Below are positions 20,427-30,468 of a DNA stretch of 64,000 nucleotides, in pieces. The notes below the pieces were generated by a model that saw only the letters and a list, made by a program, of their open reading frames with translations, did no database searches and was not told where the DNA came from. The translations under genes and the position numbers were made by a program. Every line of letters starts with the position of its first letter. Position 1 is the first letter of the stretch. This DNA is from Devosia sp. (GTDB lineage Bacteria > Pseudomonadota > Alphaproteobacteria > Rhizobiales > Devosiaceae): contig NZ_JAQGJV010000020.1 of assembly GCF_028290435.1 (NCBI RefSeq), forward strand, positions 848-64,847, in the 5' to 3' direction.

Positions 20427-21409
20427 GCGAAATCGCCAGCCCCTTACCGCAGCCTCACCTGGGCCGACGCCTGCGCCGCCTCATGGCGGATCAGCCGATC
20501 ATTCCGCTGATGGTCCTGCTGATCCTGCTTTGCGCGGTGCTGCAACTGCTCAGCCCCGGCATCATCAACCCCCTATGGGTTGCCAATACGATAAAGTTCG
20601 CCATTCCCCTGGCATTACTGGCGGGCGCCCAGACCTTGACCATGCTCACCGGCGGCCTCGACCTGTCGGTTGGCACCGTGGGGACCATGGCCGCCTTCAT
20701 CATGGCGACGCAGATCGGCCACCACGACCCGGCAACAACGCTGGCGTTATCACTGCTGCCCGCAGTCTTGATCGGGCTTGCCAACGGCGTCGGCGTCGGC
20801 ATCTTCCGGGTGCACCCCCTGATCATGACCCTCGGCACGGGCCTCGTCGGTTCGGGCATCCTGCAGGTCTATCAGCGCACCGTCATCGCCTCCGGCTCGG
20901 AAATCCCGCCCTTCATCGTCTGGCTGGGCACCGGTCTCACCTACGGCGTGCCCAATGCTCTTCTGCTCTTCGTGCCGATCGCGGCGCTGATCATTTTCGT
21001 GCTGCGGCGCACAGGATTTGGCCGGCAGGTCTATGCCATTGGCGACAACGAGAAGGCGTCGCGCCTGTCGGGCTCGACCTATTGGCAAGTCATCCTGGCG
21101 CTTTACGTCGCCTCCTCGCTGCTCGCCGCCATTGCCGGCCTGCTTTATGTGGGCGTGATCCGCACCCCGTCGCTGACCCTGCTCGAGCCCCTGGTACTGC
21201 CCTCGGTGGCGGCAACAATTATCGGCGGCACCTCCATCTTCGGCGGCCGCGGCAGCTATGCCACCGCCATCCTCGGCGCCCTCATCCTGCGCGTGCTCAC
21301 GACACTGCTGACCGTGTTGCAAATGCCCGAAGGACTGCGGCAGGGGCTGTTTGGCCTCGTGATCCTGCTCGTCACGGCCATCTACTTGCGGATAATCGAA
21401 GACAGTTAG
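20423..21409 (+). CDS. Sugar ABC permease
   Basis: GGLDLS, ATIIGGTSIFGGRG. Confidence 0.88.
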   Translation: MSEIASPLPQPHLGRRLRRLMADQPIIPLMVLLILLCAVLQLLSPGIINPLWVANTIKFAIPLALLAGAQTLTMLTGGLDLSVGTVGTMAAFIMATQIGHHDPATTLALSLLPAVLIGLANGVGVGIFRVHPLIMTLGTGLVGSGILQVYQRTVIASGSEIPPFIVWLGTGLTYGVPNALLLFVPIAALIIFVLRRTGFGRQVYAIGDNEKASRLSGSTYWQVILALYVASSLLAAIAGLLYVGVIRTPSLTLLEPLVLPSVAATIIGGTSIFGGRGSYATAILGALILRVLTTLLTVLQMPEGLRQGLFGLVILLVTAIYLRIIEDS

Positions 21410-21505
21410 CCGATCGGACGCGTGGTGCTAACGGCCGCGAAGCATCTGCGCAGGAAGTGCCGACCGGGGCGTAGTCGGTGATTGAGGCGCGTTGGCCACA
21501 CGGCC

Positions 21506-22168
21506 CTAAGCCGCGTAAAACTTCAGGAACATGTCCACACCGCTGGCGACTACACGGCTGATTTCTTCGGCGGGCATTTCATGCGGCAAGTTGCCGAAGA
21601 GACGCCGCTTGAACGAGGAGGCCATCGACAGATCGATAAACTGCCGTGCTGCCAGTTCGGTATCGTCGATGCGCAGTTCGCCCGATGCGACCTTGGCGTC
21701 GAGGAAAGCCTTGAGCACGACGATGGCTGAAAATGGATCGGGGCCGAAGAACCGCGTCGCGAGGTCGGGCATGCGTTCGGTTACCGCCAGCACCATGCGC
21801 TGCGCCCGGATCACCACGTCGGAGGTCATCTTGGTGGTAGTGGCAACGCCAAAGCGCTGCAAGGCCTCGGCGGTGGATTGGGCTTCATTGAGCTCATGCT
21901 CGGCGAAGGTCAGCATGGCCGTGCGTTCGCGGTCGATCAGATTGGCGAACAGCTCTTCCTTGTTCTCGAAATAAACGTAGATCGTACCCTTGGAGACGCC
22001 GGCCTCGGCGGTGATTTCATTCATGCTGGCGGCTTCGAAGCCAAGCTTGAGAAAGCAGTTCTTGGCACCGTCGAGAATCTGGTCACGCTTGGCGGGGTCC
22101 TGCCCCGCCGCGGCGCGCCCACGCTGGCCCGCCGGAGCAAGTGGGGCGCCATTTTGTGAGTCGGTCAC
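21506..22168 (-). CDS. TetR family regulator
   Basis: GFEAASMNEITAEAGVSKGTIYVYF. Confidence 0.9.
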   Translation of the reverse strand: MTDSQNGAPLAPAGQRGRAAAGQDPAKRDQILDGAKNCFLKLGFEAASMNEITAEAGVSKGTIYVYFENKEELFANLIDRERTAMLTFAEHELNEAQSTAEALQRFGVATTTKMTSDVVIRAQRMVLAVTERMPDLATRFFGPDPFSAIVVLKAFLDAKVASGELRIDDTELAARQFIDLSMASSFKRRLFGNLPHEMPAEEISRVVASGVDMFLKFYAA

Positions 22169-22193
22169 TATGCACTCCTTGCATGGTTGGCGT

Positions 22194-22211
22194 TCGAACC
22201 GAGCGGTTCGA
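22194..22211. promoter_or_regulatory. TetR operator 1
   Basis: TCGAACCG-AG-CGGTTCGA, perfect inverted repeat between tetR and emrA. Confidence 0.7.
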
Positions 22212-22251
22212 TTTATCTTGATATGGAATATGGACAGGTCTATGTCAATCG

Positions 22252-22268
22252 AACCGAACAGTTCGGTT
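22252..22268. promoter_or_regulatory. TetR operator 2
   Basis: AACCGAAC-A-GTTCGGTT palindrome sharing the GAACCG half-site. Confidence 0.65.
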
Positions 22269-22297
22269 TAACGAATTCAAGCTCTGTGGTGCCCGCT

Positions 22298-23506
22298 ATG
22301 GCCAACGATAACGACAAAGTCCGCCGCTTGCCTGCCGCCCGCCGGGCCCAGACCGCAGCAGCCCCCGCGCCAGTTGAGGCGCTGGAGGCAACGCCCGAAG
22401 CTCCCCACGTGGTGGATGCTCCCGAGCCTGCTCCCGCTGCCCCCACCAAGCCCAAAGGCGGCAGCCGCCGCCGGATCGTCGTCTCGATCATCGCGCTCCT
22501 GGCCCTGGCCGGCGCCGGTTGGTACGGCAACAATTATTACACGACCGGCCGCTTCATGGTGTCCACCGACGACGCCTATATCGTTGGCGATATCACCACC
22601 ATTTCCCCTAAGGTCACCGGTTATGTGACCCAGGTCAATGTGGTTGCCAACCAGTCCGTCAAGGCCGGCGATACGCTGGTAACGCTGGACGATGGCGACT
22701 ATCGCATCGCCCGTGACCAGGCCCAGGCTACCATCGACACCCAACACCTGACCCTCGCCCGCATCGACGCCCAGATCACCGGCGCTGGCGCTGCCGTCAC
22801 CCAGGCCGAGGCGCAGAAGACCGCGCTCCAGGCCGCCCAGCGCAACGCCCAGCTTGCCTTCGATCGCTCAACCGAACTGACCGCCCGCGCCGTCGTCTCG
22901 CAGGCCGATCTCGACAAGGCAACCGCCGCGCTCGACCAGGCCAATGCCAATATCGCTGCCGGCGACGCGCAAATCGCCGCCGCACAGTCTAATATCGGCG
23001 TGCTGCAGGCGCAGCGCGCGGAAGCCGCCGGCGCAATCAAGTCGCAGGAACTGGCACTGCAAAAGGCCGAGCGCGACATGAGCTTCACCGTGCTCCGCGC
23101 CCCCTATGACGGCATCGTGGGCAACATGGCCGTGCAGACCGGCGACCTGGTCAGCCCCGGCGCGCGCCTCGCCGCGGTCGTCCCGGTCAACGCGCTCTAC
23201 GTCGAAGCCAATTTCAAGGAAACCCAGCTCGCCAGCCTGGTTCCCGGCGAAAAGGTGACCATCACCGTCGATGCCCTCGGCGCTGACCCGATCCACGGTA
23301 CCGTCGAGTCCCTGGCCCCTGCCTCCGGCTCGGTGTTCTCCCTGCTGCCGGCAGAAAACGCCACCGGCAACTTCACCAAGGTCGTGCAACGCGTTCCCGT
23401 GCGCATCGCCCTGCCCGCCGATGCGCTGGCGACCGGCAAACTGCGCGCTGGCCTCAGCGTCACCATCGAGGCCGATACCCGCACCATCCCGGCGTCGGCG
23501 AACTGA
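22298..23506 (+). CDS. emrA: EmrA/HlyD membrane-fusion protein
   Basis: STDDAY, biotinyl-lipoyl-like segments, ENATGNFTKVVQRVPV. Confidence 0.88.
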   Translation: MANDNDKVRRLPAARRAQTAAAPAPVEALEATPEAPHVVDAPEPAPAAPTKPKGGSRRRIVVSIIALLALAGAGWYGNNYYTTGRFMVSTDDAYIVGDITTISPKVTGYVTQVNVVANQSVKAGDTLVTLDDGDYRIARDQAQATIDTQHLTLARIDAQITGAGAAVTQAEAQKTALQAAQRNAQLAFDRSTELTARAVVSQADLDKATAALDQANANIAAGDAQIAAAQSNIGVLQAQRAEAAGAIKSQELALQKAERDMSFTVLRAPYDGIVGNMAVQTGDLVSPGARLAAVVPVNALYVEANFKETQLASLVPGEKVTITVDALGADPIHGTVESLAPASGSVFSLLPAENATGNFTKVVQRVPVRIALPADALATGKLRAGLSVTIEADTRTIPASAN

Positions 23507-23529
23507 CGCCGGCATGAGGGAGCGGTCCG

Positions 23530-25110
23530 ATGGCAAACGCAATTGTCGACGTCGCGGCGGTCAGCGCCGATAAGGATGCCATGCCCGCCCGCCGCATCTT
23601 CGCCTTCGTGGCGATGGTGTTCGGCATGTTCATGGCCATCCTCGATATCCAGGTGGTCTCGGCCTCGCTCGCCGAAATCCAGGCCGGCCTCAGCGCCGGC
23701 TCGGACGAAATCGGCTGGGTACAGACCTCCTACCTGATCGCTGAAGTCATCATGATCCCGCTGTCCGGCACACTGGGGCGCATCATGTCGACCCGCGTGC
23801 TGTTCACCATTTCGGCCGCCGGCTTCACCATCGCCAGCGCGCTCTGCGCCACCGCCACCAATATCGACCAGATGATCGTCTATCGCGCGCTGCAGGGCTT
23901 TATCGGCGGCGGCATGATCCCATCGGTGTTCGCCGCTGCCTTCACGATTTTTCCGCCGTCCCGGCGCGCCATCGTTTCCCCCATCATCGGCCTCGTCGCC
24001 ACGCTGGCGCCCACCATCGGGCCGACCGTCGGCGGCTATCTCACCAGTGCCCTCTCCTGGCACTGGCTGTTCCTCATCAACGTCATCCCCGGCATTCTCG
24101 TCGCCACGGCCGCCTGGCTGCTGATCGACTTCGACAAGCCCGAAAAGGGCCTGATGGCCAAGTTCGACTGGTGGGGCCTGCTCGCCATGGGGACGTTCCT
24201 CGGCGGCATGGAATATGTGCTGGAGGAAGGCGCCGCGCATGACTGGCTGAACGACCAGACCATCCTGATGGTCTTCATCTCCATGGTTGTCGGCGGCGTC
24301 GTGTTCTTCTGGCGCGCCTTCAAGGTCGAATTCCCCATCGTCGACCTCCGCGCCTTCAGCAACGTCAACTTCGCCTTCGGCTCGGTGTTTTCGTTCGTCC
24401 TCGGCATCGGCCTCTATGGCCTGACCTATCTCTACCCGCTCTATCTCGGGCGCATCCGCGGCTATGACTCCATGATGATCGGGGAAACCCTGTTCATCTC
24501 CGGCCTCTGCATGTTCCTAACCGCACCATTTGCTGGGTTCCTCTCCAGCAAGATGGATCTGCGCGTCATGATGATGATCGGCTTCCTCGGCTTTGCCGCC
24601 GGGACCTATTCGATGAGCCAGCTCACCGCCGACTGGAGCTTCAACGAACTCCTGATCCCGCAGATTTTCCGCGGCGTGTCGATGATGCTGTGCATGGTGC
24701 CGATCAACAACCTGGCCTTGGGCACGCTGGCACCGGAGCGGCTCAAGGGCGGCTCGGGCCTGTTCAACCTCACCCGCAATCTCGGCGGCGCGGTTGGCCT
24801 GGCACTGATCAACACGATCCTCGTCAACCGCACTGCCACCCATTACGAGGTGCTGGCCGAGCATGTCACCTGGTCCAATCCGGCAGCCGTCGCACAGATG
24901 GACCAAATGGTGCGCAACAACACTGCCAACGGGCTCAACGGCCTGGAGGCCGCGACCCGCCAACTCTCCAACATTGTGCGCCAACAGGCCACGATCCTGT
25001 CGATGATCGACGTGCTGCTGATCCTGACCGTGGCCTTCGCCGGCCTCGCCGTCTTCGCCTTGCTGATGAAGAAACCCGGCAAGGCGGCAGGCGGTGGCGG
25101 CGGTCACTAG
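23530..25110 (+). CDS. emrB: DHA2 MFS efflux pump (EmrB/QacA)
   Basis: FMAILDIQVV, WVQTSYL, about 14 TM helices, LFNLTRNLGG. Confidence 0.9.
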   Translation: MANAIVDVAAVSADKDAMPARRIFAFVAMVFGMFMAILDIQVVSASLAEIQAGLSAGSDEIGWVQTSYLIAEVIMIPLSGTLGRIMSTRVLFTISAAGFTIASALCATATNIDQMIVYRALQGFIGGGMIPSVFAAAFTIFPPSRRAIVSPIIGLVATLAPTIGPTVGGYLTSALSWHWLFLINVIPGILVATAAWLLIDFDKPEKGLMAKFDWWGLLAMGTFLGGMEYVLEEGAAHDWLNDQTILMVFISMVVGGVVFFWRAFKVEFPIVDLRAFSNVNFAFGSVFSFVLGIGLYGLTYLYPLYLGRIRGYDSMMIGETLFISGLCMFLTAPFAGFLSSKMDLRVMMMIGFLGFAAGTYSMSQLTADWSFNELLIPQIFRGVSMMLCMVPINNLALGTLAPERLKGGSGLFNLTRNLGGAVGLALINTILVNRTATHYEVLAEHVTWSNPAAVAQMDQMVRNNTANGLNGLEAATRQLSNIVRQQATILSMIDVLLILTVAFAGLAVFALLMKKPGKAAGGGGGH

Positions 25111-25146
25111 ATCAGCCCAGCACCGCCGACGGGGAGCCCCAATCTG

Positions 25147-25278
25147 CTCCCCTCTCCCTTGAGGGGAGGGTTAGGGTGGGGGGATTTTTCCCCACCAGTG
25201 GAGCCCGGCCAAGCCGAGCCGCCACTCCCGCCACGAGTTCCCCCCACCCCGACCCTCCCCTCAAGGGGGAGGGGGAAG
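25147..25278. repeat. Palindromic REP/RPE-like element between convergent genes
   Basis: Arms CTCCCCTCTCCCTTGAGGGGAGGGTTAGGGTGGGGGGA and TCCCCCCACCCCGACCCTCCCCTCAAGGGGGAGGGGGAAG are near reverse complements; each has an internal CCCT-TGA-GGG hairpin. Confidence 0.75.
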
Positions 25279-25292
25279 AAAGAGGCGCCCCC

Positions 25293-27995
25293 TCAAATGA
25301 CCGGCAACCGCACCCTGAAACACGCGCCCGGCAATGCGCTGGGCGCCAGTTCCAGCGTACCGTTCATGCGGGTAATGATCTGGCGGCTGATGGTCAGTCC
25401 CAGCCCCGCCCCGCTCTGATCGGTCCCACTATGTCGTCCCCGCGAAAACTTGCGGAAGATCAGCTTGCGCTCGCCCTTGGCGATGCCGCCGCCATTATCG
25501 GCGATATCGACCACATAATGCCCTGAGCGCACCTGCGAGGTAACCCGCATCACCGGCTGCTCGGCATCATTGTATTTCACCGCGTTGGAAATCAGGTTGA
25601 TGAACACCTGACACAGCCGGTCCGGGTCGCCATCCACCATGGCGGCGCGCGTCCTCGGCCCAAGCTCCACGCCCATCCCCCGTTGCCGCAGCAGCGCATC
25701 ACAGACGCTCAACGCCCGCTCCAGCGCCGCCTCGGCATCGGTTGGCCGGTTCTCCCACGCCCGCTCCCCCCGCTCCAGCGCACTCAGGTCAAGGATTTCG
25801 TCCAGCAGCTTGGTCAGCCGCAAACTCTCCTGGTGAATGGTGGACAGGAACCGCTGCCGCTGGCTATCGTCCAACTCGCCCGGCTCCAGCAATATCTCCG
25901 AGAACGAGCGGATCGACGTCATCGGCGTGCGCACCTCGTGGCTCACCTGGCTCAGGAAATCGTCCTTCTGCCCATCGAGTTCACGCAATTGCGCATTGGC
26001 ATCTTCAAGCTTCTGCGCCGTCGAGCGCAACTCGGCCGAGGTCAGCTCCAATTGCTGGGAGTACTGGATCACCTGCTGGGTTTCGTCCGCCATCTGCATG
26101 ACCTCTTCCAGCGACACGTCGCTGCCCGACACCACCTTGGACAGCATCACATGCGCCGAAGCCGCGCCGATCGAGCCGGCGAGTTCACGCTCCAGCCGCC
26201 CGATGAACTCCGGCGACGGATCAAGCTGCGCCGGCTCCACCCCGCTATCGCGCGCCGCCGTCTCAAACAACGCAACCGCGCGCCGTTCCCCCAACACCCG
26301 CTCGGCGACAAAATACAGATCGTTGGCCGTGGCCGAGCCCCGAATGAAATTGCCCTGCGGCACTGCACCCCGGCGGAAAATATCGACGAACACGGTGGCC
26401 TGGATGCGCTCTAACGCCGATTGGGTGGTGAACAGCGACACCACCACCAGCATGAAGACGTTGAGGAACAGGCTCCAGAACACCGAATGCACCAGCGGAT
26501 CGAGTCCATCGAGCCCAAACAGATGCTCCGGTCGCAAGAAGCCGATGCCCCATGGCCCCTCAACCATCAGCCGCGCCACCACCGGGCTGACCGTCTCGAA
26601 GCTGGGCAGGAACATGGTCCAGGCCCAGACCACGAAACCGACAAACACCCCCGTCGCGGCGCCCTTGAGCGAGGCCTCGCGCCAATACAGCCCCGCCAGG
26701 ATCGCCGGCAGCAATTGCGCCACGCCCGCAAACGAGATCAGGCCGATGGGCGCCAGCGCATCGCTATCGCCGGTCAGCGAAAAGTACAAAAACCCCAGCG
26801 TCAGGATCAGCGCGATGGAAATGCGCCGACTGATCAGCAGCAGCCGCGTCACCCCGCGGCCATCCCCCTGCCCGATGCCGCTCGAACTGCGCAGCACGAT
26901 CGGCATGATGATGTGGTTGGACACCATAATCGACAGCGCAATCGAGGCGACGATGATCATCGAGGTGGCCGACGAAAACCCACCGATAAACGCCAGCAGC
27001 GCCAGCCCCGACTGCCCCGCCGCCAGTGGCAGCGTCAGCACGAACATATCGGGATTGGCGCCAACCGGCATATTGGTCAGCCCATAGAGCGCGATGGGCA
27101 TAGTGAAAACGCTCATCAGCAGCAGATAGGCCGGAAAGGCCCACCCGGCGGTGCGCAAATGGTTCTCGTTGGAGTTCTCGACCACGGTGATCTGGAACTG
27201 GCGCGGCAGACAGATGATGGCGGCACCCGACAGTATGGTCATCGCCAGAAACCGCGAGCCGAACGTGTCGTCGGAATAGATTTCGATGCCTGCAGCAGCC
27301 GCTCGGCTGTAGATCGCATCAAACCCGCCACCCAGCCCGAAGGTCACGAACACCCCGACCGCCAGCAGCGCCGTCAACTTGACCACGGCTTCAAAGGCAA
27401 TAGCCGCAACGACGCCATGATGCTGCTCCTTCGCGTCGACATTGCGGGTGCCGAACAGGATGGTGAACAGCGCCATCCCCGCCGCGATGCCAAAAGCCAG
27501 CGCGCCGTCATCAACCCCGGCCAAACTCCCCCGTGCCCCTTCGGACGAGGCAGCGACGGCTTGAATAGAGGACGTAATCGCCTTGAGCTGCAGCGCGATA
27601 TACGGCGTAATGCCGATCACCGCGATTAGCGTGATCAACACCGCCAGCCGATTGGATTTGCCGTAGCGCGAGGACAGCAGATCGGCGATCGAGGTAATCG
27701 CCTGCGTCCGCCCGATCCGCACCAGTTTGCGCAGTACGAACCACCAGCCCACGAAGACGATGGTCGGCCCCAGATAAATCGTCAGGAATTCCAGCCCGCT
27801 CCGCGCCGCATTGCCCACCGCGCCGTAAAAGGTCCAGCTCGTGCAATAAACCGAAATCGACAGCGTATAGACCGCCGGCGAATGCAGGAACGAGGTCTTG
27901 CTCTGTCGTGCCCGCCGGTCGCCAAAATAGGCCAGCACGAACAGCAGGCCGACATAGCCCACCGCCGAAATGATGACGAAATCGGCCGACAGCAT
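25293..27995 (-). CDS. SLC5 (Na+/solute symporter)-STAC-histidine kinase, CrbS/CbrA-like
   Basis: SSS part (YCTSWTFYGAVG, PRQF), H-box VSHEVRTP, NLISNAVKY, GLGL G-box; no C-terminal receiver. Confidence 0.88.
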   Translation of the reverse strand: MLSADFVIISAVGYVGLLFVLAYFGDRRARQSKTSFLHSPAVYTLSISVYCTSWTFYGAVGNAARSGLEFLTIYLGPTIVFVGWWFVLRKLVRIGRTQAITSIADLLSSRYGKSNRLAVLITLIAVIGITPYIALQLKAITSSIQAVAASSEGARGSLAGVDDGALAFGIAAGMALFTILFGTRNVDAKEQHHGVVAAIAFEAVVKLTALLAVGVFVTFGLGGGFDAIYSRAAAAGIEIYSDDTFGSRFLAMTILSGAAIICLPRQFQITVVENSNENHLRTAGWAFPAYLLLMSVFTMPIALYGLTNMPVGANPDMFVLTLPLAAGQSGLALLAFIGGFSSATSMIIVASIALSIMVSNHIIMPIVLRSSSGIGQGDGRGVTRLLLISRRISIALILTLGFLYFSLTGDSDALAPIGLISFAGVAQLLPAILAGLYWREASLKGAATGVFVGFVVWAWTMFLPSFETVSPVVARLMVEGPWGIGFLRPEHLFGLDGLDPLVHSVFWSLFLNVFMLVVVSLFTTQSALERIQATVFVDIFRRGAVPQGNFIRGSATANDLYFVAERVLGERRAVALFETAARDSGVEPAQLDPSPEFIGRLERELAGSIGAASAHVMLSKVVSGSDVSLEEVMQMADETQQVIQYSQQLELTSAELRSTAQKLEDANAQLRELDGQKDDFLSQVSHEVRTPMTSIRSFSEILLEPGELDDSQRQRFLSTIHQESLRLTKLLDEILDLSALERGERAWENRPTDAEAALERALSVCDALLRQRGMGVELGPRTRAAMVDGDPDRLCQVFINLISNAVKYNDAEQPVMRVTSQVRSGHYVVDIADNGGGIAKGERKLIFRKFSRGRHSGTDQSGAGLGLTISRQIITRMNGTLELAPSALPGACFRVRLPVI

Positions 27996-28228
27996 CAACC
28001 GCCCCCGTCGCCGGAATCGGGTGGCACATGCTTGGGCAGATAGTGCGTCAACAGTGCCGTGCCGGCGATCAGCAGCGCCCACACCACGAACAGGTAGATG
28101 ACGATCTGCGGTATGCCGAAATGGCTGATGCGCTGATTGAACACAAACACCAGCGGTGGCACGAACAGCAGCGCGCCGAACACCGCCAGCACCAGCATCC
28201 CGCTTTCGAGCTTACGGCGATCCGGCAT
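27995..28228 (-). CDS. Small two-TM membrane protein coupled to the SLC5 kinase
   Basis: Two hydrophobic helices; stop overlaps the kinase ATG. Confidence 0.7.
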   Translation of the reverse strand: MPDRRKLESGMLVLAVFGALLFVPPLVFVFNQRISHFGIPQIVIYLFVVWALLIAGTALLTHYLPKHVPPDSGDGGG

Positions 28229-28595
28229 TTTCGCCCAGCAATTGCCGCACCGCGCCAACCACGTCGGCATTGGCGTAAGGCTTGGTGACGAAGGCATCAG
28301 CCCCCAGTTCGGTGGCAATCCGCCGGTCCTGCTGCTGGCCCTTGGCCGTCAAAATCAACACCGGCATGCCCTGCAGCGCCGCATCGGCCCGTACCAACTT
28401 GAGCACGTCGAAGCCGCTGCGCTTGGGCAGCATGACATCAAGCAGCAGCATGCGCGGCCGCAGACGACGCACGCCCTCCAGCGCCGCATCGCCATCGGTG
28501 ACCGCGCTGACGCTCCAGCCAGCCCGCCGAAGAATGAACTCGAGCGATTCCAAAATGCTCGGCTCATCTTCGGCGATCAACACGTCGATTGCCAA
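28212..28595 (-). CDS. Single-domain response regulator
   Basis: IAEDE, LLDVMLP (phospho-Asp), LTA, TKPY. Confidence 0.9.
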   Translation of the reverse strand: MAIDVLIAEDEPSILESLEFILRRAGWSVSAVTDGDAALEGVRRLRPRMLLLDVMLPKRSGFDVLKLVRADAALQGMPVLILTAKGQQQDRRIATELGADAFVTKPYANADVVGAVRQLLGENAGSP

Positions 28596-28651
28596 AATCC
28601 CCCCTTTGCATCCGCGGTCTCCCCTCCGCGAATGACGCTACTAAAGCGCAA

Positions 28652-30280
28652 TCAGTCCAGATCGCCAAGCGCAAACCCCGCCGGCACCAATGGCGAGCGG
28701 ATTTCCGCCGCCGCGCCGCCCGGCGCCATCACCTCTTCCTGCCGGCTGGGACACTCGCGCCGCGTACACAACCGGCAGCTCGGGCCGACCGGCACATCGG
28801 CCGATTGATCCTGCAAGTCGAGCCCCGCGCTGTAGATGGTCCGGTCGGCATGCAGCACATTGCAGGCCAGCATGATCGAGGTGGGCACCACCGTTTCGCG
28901 GAACGCCGCCGTCCGCCGCTGCACCGTCTGCGCCAGGAACAGATAGCGCGATCCATCGGCAAACCGGACGATCTGACACACCATCGTATCGGGCGTGCGA
29001 AACGCGCCATAGATCGCCCAAAGCGGGCACGCATGTCCGCTATTGGGCAGCAGCAGGCCCGGCAGCGGGAAATGCTTGGTCAACCGCCCCGCCGGATCGG
29101 AGCGCAGGAACCCGAACGGAATGCCCTGCTCGCCCGGCCGCCGCAGCGTCACCAGCCGATGGGCAATCTGCTCGAAGCTGGCATGATAGATCTGGCGCAA
29201 CCGGTCGATATCGTAGCGCACCGCCTCGGCGTCGCTCAGAAAGCGCGAATAGGGAAACACCATCGCCCCGGCCAGATAAGTGCCCAACGCCCGCGCCGCC
29301 AACCGTCGCGCCACCGGGCTCGACAGCGCCGCCGATTGCAATCCCTCCGCCAGCACATCCCCCGCCGCCAGCTCCCCATAAAGCCGCGCCAGTTGGAACT
29401 GCCGCGTCGCCAATGTCGCCGCCCCCTGGAACCACAGCACCCTCGACTCGGTGTCAAACCGATATTGCCCCGGAAAATCGGAGCCGACATTTGCCGCCGC
29501 ACCGCCGAACACGACCGAGACGCCGAAACGGGTCCCCAGCAGCGCCGTCAGCGTGACGACGTTAAAAGGCCCCGCCGCCTCGATCTCATCCCGCAAAACC
29601 GCCGCCGCATCCTCCAGCGTCGGGAAATAGTTCTCCCGCTCAATGATCAGGTCATCGATCTCCCGCGCCGGGGAAACGCCGCGTCTGGTTTGGCTCGCCG
29701 TATCGAACTGCCCGATCAGATTCCGCGCCACATCGCTCAGCGCCAACGTCTCGCGCCCGATCGCCGCCAGGAACCGCTGGCGCTCCGCATCATCCAGATC
29801 AGGCACATCCTGCAAGATTTCAGCACTGGACCGCACCGCCGTGATGCTCGACAAAATCTGGTGCAGCATCTGCGACAGCAACGGATCGCTGCGCAGCCGA
29901 TCGGCATATGCATCGGCGCTGGTCACCGCCGCCCCGTAGGCCCGATGCAGGCGCGACAGCGCTGCCGCGCTCGCCGGATATTGCGCCACGAGGTCGCGCC
30001 GCTCGTCGGGTTGGAACGGAAGTGCCTGCACCGTCGGATCAGCGAACGCCTCTTCCAGGTCCTGCAACAATTTTTGTTCAAGAAGTCCAGCAAGCTGGTT
30101 GATATCGATGTCCAGATGCTGCGCCACGCGCTGCAATAGCGAGCCGCCGATGTCACGTTTGTTGTTCTCGATCAGGTTGAGATAGCTCGGCGAAATGCCG
30201 ACCAGCCGAGCCAAGGCGGCCTGCGAAAGCTTCAGCGCCTTGCGCCGATTACTGATGCGAAAGCCGATGGGCGCGCGCAT
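28652..30280 (-). CDS. XRE short-chain fatty acyl-CoA regulator (RamB/PrpR/ScfR-like)
   Basis: HTH LSQAALARLVGISPSYLNLIENNKR, SFEQIAHRL, GHACPLW, C-terminal GPSCRLCTRRECPSR. Confidence 0.85.
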   Translation of the reverse strand: MRAPIGFRISNRRKALKLSQAALARLVGISPSYLNLIENNKRDIGGSLLQRVAQHLDIDINQLAGLLEQKLLQDLEEAFADPTVQALPFQPDERRDLVAQYPASAAALSRLHRAYGAAVTSADAYADRLRSDPLLSQMLHQILSSITAVRSSAEILQDVPDLDDAERQRFLAAIGRETLALSDVARNLIGQFDTASQTRRGVSPAREIDDLIIERENYFPTLEDAAAVLRDEIEAAGPFNVVTLTALLGTRFGVSVVFGGAAANVGSDFPGQYRFDTESRVLWFQGAATLATRQFQLARLYGELAAGDVLAEGLQSAALSSPVARRLAARALGTYLAGAMVFPYSRFLSDAEAVRYDIDRLRQIYHASFEQIAHRLVTLRRPGEQGIPFGFLRSDPAGRLTKHFPLPGLLLPNSGHACPLWAIYGAFRTPDTMVCQIVRFADGSRYLFLAQTVQRRTAAFRETVVPTSIMLACNVLHADRTIYSAGLDLQDQSADVPVGPSCRLCTRRECPSRQEEVMAPGGAAAEIRSPLVPAGFALGDLD

Positions 30281-30468
30281 GGAAAGTCCTCCAAACCGGC
30301 GATTTGTCAATCAATTGACTATTGTTCATCGGTTTCCGATCAAGAATTTACAGAATATCGCTGCGATTACAACAGCCTATTGCCAGGCTTTGCACGCAAG
30401 GCAAATACTCTGCACGCGGAGACCTGCTGGCTATGCATCAGCCGTCCCGCGCCAAAAGGAGGAAATCG

